Assembly: GCA_035576885.1 (NCBI GenBank)
Contig: DATLVZ010000005.1
Span: 13,927-77,926 of the forward strand
Source: Candidatus Acidiferrum sp.
GTDB taxonomy: Bacteria; Acidobacteriota; Terriglobia; Acidiferrales; UBA7541
Length of the DNA stretch: 64,000 nucleotides
Reading direction: 5' to 3'
Part shown: positions 1 to 7,654 of the stretch, one piece after another
Layout of the letters: every line of letters begins with the position of its first letter
How positions within the stretch are numbered: position 1 is the stretch's first letter
Notes under the pieces: model-generated
Databases searched by the model: none
Told to the model about the DNA's origin: nothing
The model's input: only the letters and a program-made list of their open reading frames with translations
Position numbers and translations under genes: made by a program

Positions 1-26
1 CGGTAAAGCGCGAAACGAATCCTCTG

Positions 27-2729
27 GTGGGCTCGCAATCCCTCGGCCAGGGTGCAATCGATAACTTGCCGTCCGGCCAGAACTTGCCCTCCATGCCGAT
101 TGATCGCAGGAGCACCACCGATCTAGTGCCTAACAATCGCGGACTCCAACCAACTTCGGGCCCTAGGACTCCGTGGGCAAGAACCAACGAGGAAGATTTG
201 ACGCCGGTGCGAATGGTTCATCGCCCGAATCCTTACTCGGATATCCCGTCGCTTTTCGACATGTACGTCCAAGCCTCGTCACGCCAGCGGCCGGCCGAGC
301 GGTTTGGACTGGATATTTTTCGTAACACTTCCAATGACCCGCAAGCGATACCTATGGACCTCCCTGTCGGACCCGACTATGTACTCGGTCCAGGCGACAG
401 CCTTGAAATTGACCTCTGGGGTGGCGTTTCACAACGTATGTTTCGCGTCGTCGACCGCGCGGGCCGCGTTTCACTGCCCGAAGCGGGACCCCTTCTTGTC
501 AGCGGTCGAAATCTGGGCGATGTGCAGGAGGCCGTGCAACACGCTCTAAGAACCCAGTATCGCGATGTCTCCGCAGACGTTTCTCTCTCCAAGCTGAGAA
601 CGGTTCGTGTGTATGTGGTTGGAGATGTTGCGGAGCCCGGCGCCTACGACATCAGCTCACTCTCGACCCCTCTCAATGCTTTGTTTGTCGCCGGCGGTGT
701 AACGCCTCGCGGTTCGTTGCGCGCTCTAAAGCACTATCGAGGCAAGCAGCTTGTCGAAGAAGTCGACGCGTACGATTTGCTCTTGCACGGCGTTCGCTCC
801 GATATGCGCCGATTGGAGAATGGCGACACGCTGCTCGTCCCCTCGATCGGACCCCAGGTCACGGTAGATGGAATGGTGCGGCGGCCGGCGATCTACGAAC
901 TCCACGGTGAAAGCTCGCTTGCAGACGTCCTCGATCTCGCGGGGGGCATCCTGCCAACGGCGACGCTTCGGCACATTGAGGTCCAACGCGTGGAAGCCCA
1001 CCAAAAGCGCACCATGCTTGCCCTTGACCTTTCACCCACGGAAGACGCGGATTCCGCAAAGAAAAAACTCGATGCATTCAAGGTCAACGACGGAGATGAA
1101 ATTCACATCTTCCCGATTGCTCCCTACAACGAAGATGCAATTTACTTGCAGGGACATGTGCTGCGGCCGGGACGCTATTCCTACAAGCACGGCATGAGCC
1201 TGTCGGACCTGATTGGTTCTTACAAAGACCTATTGCCCGAGCCCGCGCCGCACTACGCGGAAATCGTCAGACTGAATCCACCGGACTTCCACCCCAGCGT
1301 CGAAAGCTTCGATCTGACAGCGGCTCTGGCGAATCCCGCCTCCGCGCCTAAACTTCAGCCGCTTGATACCGTTCGCCTCTTCAGCCGCTACGATTTTGAG
1401 CCGGCTCCGGAAGTTTGGATCGGCGGAGAGGTTCGGGAGCCGGGGAAGTATCGCACTTCCGGACAGGCGCACTTAAGGGACGCTGTCTACCTGGCAGGCG
1501 GGGTCACGCAGGACGCTTCGCTTGACACCGCGCAGTTATTCCGCACACAGCCCGACGGCACGATGAAGATTCTGAGTGTCGATCTTCGCGAAGCGCTTGC
1601 CGGAAATCCGTTGGACAACATCTTGATTCAGCCGCGCGACCGCTTGCTCGTACACCGCAATCCGGCGCGTGTTGATCCGCCGACCGTCTACATCAACGGC
1701 GAGGTCGCCAAGCCGGGTCGTTATCCACTCACCGCCAACATGCATCTCGAAGATTTGGTTCACGTCGCTGGTGGATTGAAGAGGAGCGCTTACACGGAAA
1801 GCGCGGATCTTTCGCGCTTTGACCCGAATGCCTCTCGAACGAATCCGAGCGATCGTCTGGAGGTCAACCTTACGGCGGCCATGGGCGGAGATGAGAAGAA
1901 TGACGTTCCGTTACGTGACGGAGACATACTGACGATTCGCCAGCTTCCGCGCTGGAACGATATCGGTGCATCCATGACTGTTCGAGGAGAGGTTCTGCAT
2001 CCGGGTACGTACGGTCTCGACCCCGGAGAACGGCTGAGTTCTGTATTGGCGCGAAGTGGGGGATTTGGCTCAGAAGCGTATCCCTATGGCGCCGTTCTGG
2101 TTCGCAAGGAAGTTCGTGAGTTCGAGGTGAAATCGCATGTGGAACTCGTCTTGCGAGTGAAAGCGGAACAGGACTATCTGAAGTCCTTGCCAGAGACTGA
2201 CACAGATCAGAAAAATGCAAAGCTAAGGGCCATTGCGCAGACCCAGTCCACCTTAGACCAGCTTGAGGCTGCAGCACCGGTTGGGCGCGTTGTCATTCAT
2301 GTTCGATCGGATTTGCGATCTTGGCGAAACACCCCGGCGGACATTCCAGTACGGGATGGCGACCTACTGATCATTCCCAAGAGCGCAAACTACGTGACGG
2401 TGACCGGCCAAGTGTTCAATCCTACTGCGGTGGCAAATGTTCCTGGACACAGCGCCAAGTGGTACCTCAGCCAAGCTGGTGGGGTCACACAGCTCGCAGA
2501 CAAAAAGGCCATTTTTGTAATTCGCGCCGACGGCTCTGTGATTGCCGCGAAAAACAACAGTGGCGGGTGGTGGGGAGGCGACCCGATGAGCGCAACCTTG
2601 CGAGCGGGTGACACCATCGTTGTTCCCGAAAAAGCGCCAAAAATCGGCGGTCGCAACTGGGCAGCGATCATGCAATCGGCGCAACTGGCTTCGTCTGTAG
2701 CTTTGGCGGTGGCGTATATCCATCCATGA
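27..2729 (+). CDS. Polysaccharide export protein, Wza/OPX family, long multi-SLBB form; 5' end may lie upstream of the window
   Basis: 900-aa ORF. There is no in-frame stop between base 3 and 27. Poly_export-type motif GPDYVLGPGDSLEIDLWG is followed by six repeats of the SLBB-like signature (VYVVGDVAEPGAY, IYLQGHVLRPGRY, VWIGGEVREPGKY, VYINGEVAKPGRY, MTVRGEVLHPGTY, VTVTGQVFNPTAV). Confidence 0.85.
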   Translation: MGSQSLGQGAIDNLPSGQNLPSMPIDRRSTTDLVPNNRGLQPTSGPRTPWARTNEEDLTPVRMVHRPNPYSDIPSLFDMYVQASSRQRPAERFGLDIFRNTSNDPQAIPMDLPVGPDYVLGPGDSLEIDLWGGVSQRMFRVVDRAGRVSLPEAGPLLVSGRNLGDVQEAVQHALRTQYRDVSADVSLSKLRTVRVYVVGDVAEPGAYDISSLSTPLNALFVAGGVTPRGSLRALKHYRGKQLVEEVDAYDLLLHGVRSDMRRLENGDTLLVPSIGPQVTVDGMVRRPAIYELHGESSLADVLDLAGGILPTATLRHIEVQRVEAHQKRTMLALDLSPTEDADSAKKKLDAFKVNDGDEIHIFPIAPYNEDAIYLQGHVLRPGRYSYKHGMSLSDLIGSYKDLLPEPAPHYAEIVRLNPPDFHPSVESFDLTAALANPASAPKLQPLDTVRLFSRYDFEPAPEVWIGGEVREPGKYRTSGQAHLRDAVYLAGGVTQDASLDTAQLFRTQPDGTMKILSVDLREALAGNPLDNILIQPRDRLLVHRNPARVDPPTVYINGEVAKPGRYPLTANMHLEDLVHVAGGLKRSAYTESADLSRFDPNASRTNPSDRLEVNLTAAMGGDEKNDVPLRDGDILTIRQLPRWNDIGASMTVRGEVLHPGTYGLDPGERLSSVLARSGGFGSEAYPYGAVLVRKEVREFEVKSHVELVLRVKAEQDYLKSLPETDTDQKNAKLRAIAQTQSTLDQLEAAAPVGRVVIHVRSDLRSWRNTPADIPVRDGDLLIIPKSANYVTVTGQVFNPTAVANVPGHSAKWYLSQAGGVTQLADKKAIFVIRADGSVIAAKNNSGGWWGGDPMSATLRAGDTIVVPEKAPKIGGRNWAAIMQSAQLASSVALAVAYIHP

Positions 2730-2744
2730 CCAAGGATACTTGCG

Positions 2745-5273
2745 ATGCACATGAGGGTCATCATGGTGGCGTTTAGCTGGGCGGCGTCAAGTCTGACGCT
2801 GACTGCAACCGTTACGAGGCCCGCGACGCCGCAAGCACGGGAGCAAAGTGGAGGGAACGCGAAACAGAGCAGTTCGGACGCAGAGATAAAGGAAAAAGCA
2901 ACGGAAAAGAAAGTCGCCGATGATTCTGATTCGGAATCTTCTGCTCCGCTACCGCGGAGCATCAGTGGGCTAGGGAAGGAATTCTTGCTAGACCAGAAAC
3001 AGATTTGGACCAGTCCTGCCAAAATCCGGTTTTCGGACACGCAATGGCTCGTGCCTTTGAGTGGCATCACGGCCGGTCTTTTCGTGACCGATAGCGATTA
3101 CAGCAAGCACCTCTCTCAGAATCCTGCGACGATCAGTCACTACAAAACCCTTTCAAACGCCGCTGTGGGAGCGCTGATCGGTGGAGCGGGAGGAATGTGG
3201 TTGCTTGGCCATGTCAAGCACAATGAACACTGGAGCGAGACCGGTTTTCTCGCCGGTGAGGCGGCCCTCAATAGTTTGGTGGCGGTCGAATCATTCAAAT
3301 ACTCAATGCGCCGCGAGCGGCCTTACCAGGGCGACGGAACCGGGCCCTTTTTCCAAAGTGGCGGAACTTCTTTTCCTTCGGAACACGCGGCTGCCGCCTG
3401 GTCCGTCGCGGGAGTCATCGCCCACGAGTATCCCAGCCCGTTTGTGAAAATCATGGCCTACGGCCTGGCGTCTCTTGTGGACTACTCTCGAATTCGAGCC
3501 CGTCAGCATTTTCCCTCCGACGTTTTCGTCGGCAGCATCATGGGCAATCTCATCGCCCAGAACATCTACAGCCGCCATCACGATCCCGAACTGGGTGGCG
3601 AGGCCTGGCGATCTCTAAGTCAAATCTTTCGCGGCGATGGAACGTACTCTCCAGCAAATCAGGGTTCGCCATACGTCCCTCTCGATAGCTGGATCTATCC
3701 GGCATTTGACCGCCTTGCGGCGCTGGGTGTGGTTGACAGTGGGTTTGCCGGGATGCGCCCCTGGACTCGCAGTGAGTGCATTCGCCTGCTTGGGGAAGCT
3801 TCCGAGCCGGTAGAAGAACAAGGCCGTGGCGGGCCTGAGGCAGATAAACTTTATCGCTTGCTCGAATCAGAATTCCGCGAAGAACTCGAAGGGGAAAATG
3901 GCGACGGGCGATTTCACGGGCGCATTGAATCTATCTACGCGCGAGCTACAGCAATCTCCGGAGAGCCTCTCACGGACGGCAATCACTTCGGGCAGACTCT
4001 GATCAACGATTTCGGTAGGCCGTACCAGGAAGGATTCAACTCTGTCGACGGCTTTTCAGCTTGGACCACGTCAGGGCATTGGGTGGGCTACGTGCGCGGC
4101 GAATACGAACACTCTCCTTCCGCTCCCTCGCTCTCCGCTAATGCACTTCAGTTTATTAGTTCGATAGACGGAATTCCAATGACGTCCCTAGGAACACAAA
4201 TTTCGGCCGTCAATCGTTTTCGATTGCTTGACGCGTATGTCGGTCTAACTTTCGAGAATTGGCAAGTTTCCTTTGGGAAACAAAGTCTTTGGTGGAGCCC
4301 GATGACTGGCGGTCCGCTTATGTTCAGTGACAACGCGGCGCCGGTAAACATGTTCCGGATTAGTCGCGTTTCCCCATTCAAGCTCCCAAGCATATTGGGT
4401 TGGCTTGGGCCGATCCGAGCGGAGTGGTTCCTCGGACAGTTCGCTGGACACCAGTTTGTCTTTCAGACTGACACAGGTCTCGTCGGGCAACTCGGTCAGT
4501 CTTTGGACCGGCAACCGTTCCTTCAAGGGCAGAAAATTAGTTTGAAACCGACTCCGAATTTTGAATTCAGCGTTTCCGTAACTACGGTTTTTGCGGGAGG
4601 TCCAACTCCGCTGACATTGCATTCTCTGGCCAAGAGCTATTCCATCAGCAATAACGGACTGCATCAGGGTAGCCCGGAAGACCCAGGGGACCGTCGATCT
4701 GGTGCGGACTTCAGTTACCGCGTTCCCGGTTTGCGAAGCTGGCTCACGTTTTACGGTGAGGCATTCAACGAAGACGAATTCTCCCCCGTGGCTTATCCCC
4801 GGAAAGCTGCGATTCTCGGCGGACTGTATCTTTCTCACTTTCCTGGTCTTTCCAAGCTCGACATGCGAGTCGAGGGTGGCTCTACGGTTCCACCTGATTT
4901 CCCGGGCTGTGATGGGTGTTTCTACGTTAACCATCGTTACCCAGACGGCTCTTACACGAACCTGAGCAACTTAATGGGGAGTTGGTTGGGGCGCGCCGGA
5001 CAGGGAGAACAGGTTTGGAGCACTTATTGGCTGACTTCCCGCAACAAGATTCAGCTCAACTACCGGCACCAGAAGGTTGGCGGCCTGTATCTCCCACAGG
5101 GAGGAACTTTGAACGACGGAGGAGTGACGGCCGATTTTTGGTTGGGCGCGACACTTAGTGTGTCGGGGTCACTACAATACGAGAACTGGAATTACCCAGT
5201 ACTTGATCCTCTGCCGAGGTCGAACGTAACGACTTCGGTCGAATTGACATTCTGGCCCCACCCGTGGAAATGA
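2745..5273 (+). CDS. Fusion protein: N-terminal PAP2 (class A acid phosphatase-like) domain plus C-terminal Wzi-like capsule-assembly outer-membrane beta-barrel
   Basis: 842 aa with a signal-like N-terminus. PAP2 motifs present: KYSMRRERPY (KX6RP), FPSEH (PSGH), SRIRARQHFPSD (SRX5HX3D). The C-terminal half carries Wzi-type blocks: WIYPAFDRLAALGVV, WQVSFGKQSLWWSPMTGGPLMFSDNAAP, LGWLGPIRAEWFLGQ, FYGEAFNEDEF. Confidence 0.75.
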   Translation: MHMRVIMVAFSWAASSLTLTATVTRPATPQAREQSGGNAKQSSSDAEIKEKATEKKVADDSDSESSAPLPRSISGLGKEFLLDQKQIWTSPAKIRFSDTQWLVPLSGITAGLFVTDSDYSKHLSQNPATISHYKTLSNAAVGALIGGAGGMWLLGHVKHNEHWSETGFLAGEAALNSLVAVESFKYSMRRERPYQGDGTGPFFQSGGTSFPSEHAAAAWSVAGVIAHEYPSPFVKIMAYGLASLVDYSRIRARQHFPSDVFVGSIMGNLIAQNIYSRHHDPELGGEAWRSLSQIFRGDGTYSPANQGSPYVPLDSWIYPAFDRLAALGVVDSGFAGMRPWTRSECIRLLGEASEPVEEQGRGGPEADKLYRLLESEFREELEGENGDGRFHGRIESIYARATAISGEPLTDGNHFGQTLINDFGRPYQEGFNSVDGFSAWTTSGHWVGYVRGEYEHSPSAPSLSANALQFISSIDGIPMTSLGTQISAVNRFRLLDAYVGLTFENWQVSFGKQSLWWSPMTGGPLMFSDNAAPVNMFRISRVSPFKLPSILGWLGPIRAEWFLGQFAGHQFVFQTDTGLVGQLGQSLDRQPFLQGQKISLKPTPNFEFSVSVTTVFAGGPTPLTLHSLAKSYSISNNGLHQGSPEDPGDRRSGADFSYRVPGLRSWLTFYGEAFNEDEFSPVAYPRKAAILGGLYLSHFPGLSKLDMRVEGGSTVPPDFPGCDGCFYVNHRYPDGSYTNLSNLMGSWLGRAGQGEQVWSTYWLTSRNKIQLNYRHQKVGGLYLPQGGTLNDGGVTADFWLGATLSVSGSLQYENWNYPVLDPLPRSNVTTSVELTFWPHPWK

Positions 5274-5321
5274 GGGGGTTCGAAATCGGTAGGGACACTA
5301 ATCGCAGAGAGAAGGAACGAC

Positions 5322-6752
5322 GTGACGCAGACGGCCACTAAGCAGCAGCCTGAGGCATTACCGCAACCGGTCGCGGGAGAGGTTTCGTCGCCGGAAATGC
5401 CGCTTGAGGATTCGCGGGAATGGCAAGCAGAACGTCTGCGCCTGCTCTGGGCACGTCGCCAGTTCTTTTTCCGAGCTGCGGCAATCGGACTTTTCGTTTC
5501 AACTTTAGTCGCATTCCTGATTCCGAAAACCTATACGTCGACCACGCAGCTCATGCCTCCGGATCAGCAATCCACATCGGGCATGGCGATGATGGCCGCC
5601 ATGGCTGCGAAGGGTGGAGGAGGCCTAGCGGGCGTGGCCGGAGATCTGCTTGGGCTCAAGAGTTCGGGCGCGCTGTTTATTGGCGTCTTGAGGAGCGAAA
5701 CTTCCGAGGATCGCGTCATCCAACAGTTTGACTTGAGGAAAGTTTATGGTAAGCGGCTTGTCGTGGATGCGCGGTCGAAACTCGACGAAAATACCTCGAT
5801 TTCGGAGGACCGCAAAAGCGGCATTATTACTATCAGCGTGACGGACCAAGATCCTCAGCGCGCTGCAACTCTGGCCGCTGCCTACGTTGATCAGTTGAAT
5901 TCGCTCGTTTCTAAGTTGTCGACATCATCCGCGCACCGTGAACGCGTGTTTCTCGAAGAGCGCCTCAAGGTCGCCAAGCAAGATCTTGATGATGCCTCCA
6001 ATCAACTCGCCCAATTCTCCAGCAAGAACAACACGCTCGACATCCAGCTAGAAGGCAAGGCGATGCTGGACGCAGCAGGAACGATTGGCGGCGAGATGAT
6101 CGCGGCGCAAGCACAACTCGAGGGACTTCGCCAGATCTATACGGACAGCAATTCTCGTGTCCGCTCTTTGAATGCTCGCGTTGTGGAACTTCGGAAACAG
6201 CTTGAGAAGCTCGGCGGTACACAAGCAAAGAATCCGGACGGCAGCGCTGCTGCCGCAAGTGAGTCCGCTGATCCGGCAGCCCCTCAAACTAACGGGCTTC
6301 CCTATCCCACCATTAGGAGTCTGCCGCTGTTAGGCGCGAAGTACGCTGATTATTACCGCCGGGCGAAGATACAGGAAACTGTCTTCGAGTTGCTGACCGA
6401 GCAATACGAACTCGCCAAGGTGCAAGAGGCCAAAGAAACACCGAGCGTTAAAGTGCTGGATGCGGCCAGAGTTCCGGAAAAGAAATCGTTTCCGCCCCGC
6501 CTGGTGATCATGTTCCTCGGCACTTTTCTGGTTTGTGCGATGTCCGTGGTGTGGGTATTGGGATCGGCTCGCTGGGAAGAAGTAGATCCGCAAGATCCGC
6601 GCAAGGTTTTCGTTCAGGAAGTGAGCGGTACGCTGAAAGCGCGAATGCCATGGGCTTCGCGGAACGGCGCCGGAGCGGCCTCCGGCGAGAAAGATTCTTC
6701 GAGTCAGGACAACGGGTTTGGAGATCCGTCGAACGGGGCGGAAAAGCCGTAG
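5322..6752 (+). CDS. Polysaccharide co-polymerase / chain-length determinant (Wzz/GumC-like) without a tyrosine-kinase domain
   Basis: 476 aa with two predicted TM segments (FFFRAAAIGLFVSTLVAFLIP; LVIMFLGTFLVCAMSVVWVLG) flanking a long coiled-coil-like region. A proline-rich segment (PEKKSFPPR) precedes TM2. No Walker A motif and no Tyr-rich tail. Confidence 0.7.
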   Translation: MTQTATKQQPEALPQPVAGEVSSPEMPLEDSREWQAERLRLLWARRQFFFRAAAIGLFVSTLVAFLIPKTYTSTTQLMPPDQQSTSGMAMMAAMAAKGGGGLAGVAGDLLGLKSSGALFIGVLRSETSEDRVIQQFDLRKVYGKRLVVDARSKLDENTSISEDRKSGIITISVTDQDPQRAATLAAAYVDQLNSLVSKLSTSSAHRERVFLEERLKVAKQDLDDASNQLAQFSSKNNTLDIQLEGKAMLDAAGTIGGEMIAAQAQLEGLRQIYTDSNSRVRSLNARVVELRKQLEKLGGTQAKNPDGSAAAASESADPAAPQTNGLPYPTIRSLPLLGAKYADYYRRAKIQETVFELLTEQYELAKVQEAKETPSVKVLDAARVPEKKSFPPRLVIMFLGTFLVCAMSVVWVLGSARWEEVDPQDPRKVFVQEVSGTLKARMPWASRNGAGAASGEKDSSSQDNGFGDPSNGAEKP

Positions 6753-6844
6753 GACTGGCTGTAAGTAGAAGAACACAAAAGGGTTAGGTCACATATTGCC
6801 CTGTAAGTGACGGGGCGAAGCTGTCTAAGGGCCTGTGGAGGAGA

Positions 6845-7411
6845 ATGTCCGTGGCGAGCGTCGCGCAAACAACAGGGTGGGCCGCCTACCCGGTGCAGAC
6901 ACAAACGGCGATGGTCGAAGCGCGGTGGTATGCCGCGTATACCTGCGCGAACCACGAAAAGCGCGTGGCGGCTGAACTGGGGGCACGGGAGGTCGAGCAC
7001 TTTCTCCCTGTGTACAGCTCCGTGCGCCGCTGGAAGGACCGGCGCGTGGAATTGGAGCTTCCCCTGTTTCCCGGGTACGTATTCGTGAGGCTCGCGCTGT
7101 GCGACCGACTGCGTGTGGTGGAGATTCCCAGTGTGGTTCGCCTGGTCGGTTTTGGAGCGTTGCCAACCGCGCTGCCGGACACGGAAATGAAAATCATGCG
7201 GGCAGGGCTTTCGCAAAGTTTGCGCGTGGAGCCGCATCCGTTCTTAACGATTGGACGGCGGGTGCGGATCACGGGGGGCCCGTTCGCCGGCCTCGAAGGC
7301 ATCCTAAGGCAGAGGAAGAGCCATCTTCGCGTGGTCGTGTCGCTCGAGCTGATCCAGCGCTCGGTCGCCGTGGATGTGGATGCGGCAGATGTACGGCCGA
7401 CGATTGCGTAG
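6845..7411 (+). CDS. NusG-paralogue transcription antiterminator (RfaH/UpxY-like)
   Basis: NGN-like block WYAAYTCANHEKRVAAELGAREVEHFLPVY...LFPGYVFVRL and KOW block GRRVRITGGPFAGLEGIL. GGAGGAG lies just upstream of ATG 6845. An alternative start is ATG 6911. Confidence 0.75.
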   Translation: MSVASVAQTTGWAAYPVQTQTAMVEARWYAAYTCANHEKRVAAELGAREVEHFLPVYSSVRRWKDRRVELELPLFPGYVFVRLALCDRLRVVEIPSVVRLVGFGALPTALPDTEMKIMRAGLSQSLRVEPHPFLTIGRRVRITGGPFAGLEGILRQRKSHLRVVVSLELIQRSVAVDVDAADVRPTIA

Positions 7412-7412
7412 G

Positions 7413-7440
7413 CGGGGTACCCCCCTCCCCCGGTTTTTTT
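7413..7440 (+). terminator. Candidate intrinsic terminator after the NusG-paralogue gene
   Basis: CGGGG (7413-7417) pairs with CCCCG (7428-7432), followed by G and a T7 run (7434-7440). It starts 2 nt after the stop codon. Confidence 0.5.
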
Positions 7441-7582
7441 GTAAGTGTTCATTCCAAAGGGTTTTAAGTCCAACGTTTTGGAAGTGTTCATTATAAAGGG
7501 GTTGCAGGCGAATTTTCGGAAGTGCGGATTCCAAAGGGGTTACGGATGCAAGGTTGGCAAGCGCTGCATCCAGAGGGGATTC
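7441..7582 (+). repeat. Four in-register degenerate direct repeats (period 38-39 bp) in the wzx leader
   Basis: Cores: AAGTGTTCATTCCAAAGGGTT (7443), AAGTGTTCATTATAAAGGGGTT (7482), AAGTGCGGATTCCAAAGGGGTT (7520), and a partial GCATCCAGAGGGGATT (7566). The CCAAAGGGG-type subcore recurs at 7454, 7493, 7531 and 7570. Confidence 0.7.
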
Positions 7583-7593
7583 GCGGTAGTTGT
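7582..7593 (+). promoter_or_regulatory. ops-like element (candidate recruitment site for the NusG paralogue)
   Basis: CGCGGTAGTTGT compared with the E. coli ops sequence GGCGGTAGCGTG: the GCGGTAG core is identical. It is preceded by CCAGAGGGG, reminiscent of the JUMPStart context, and lies 62 nt upstream of the wzx ATG. Confidence 0.4.
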
Positions 7594-7654
7594 AGCCAAA
7601 AGACACGATTTAGATTAACACATCGGCACGGTACGAGTCAATATAAATTTTAAC

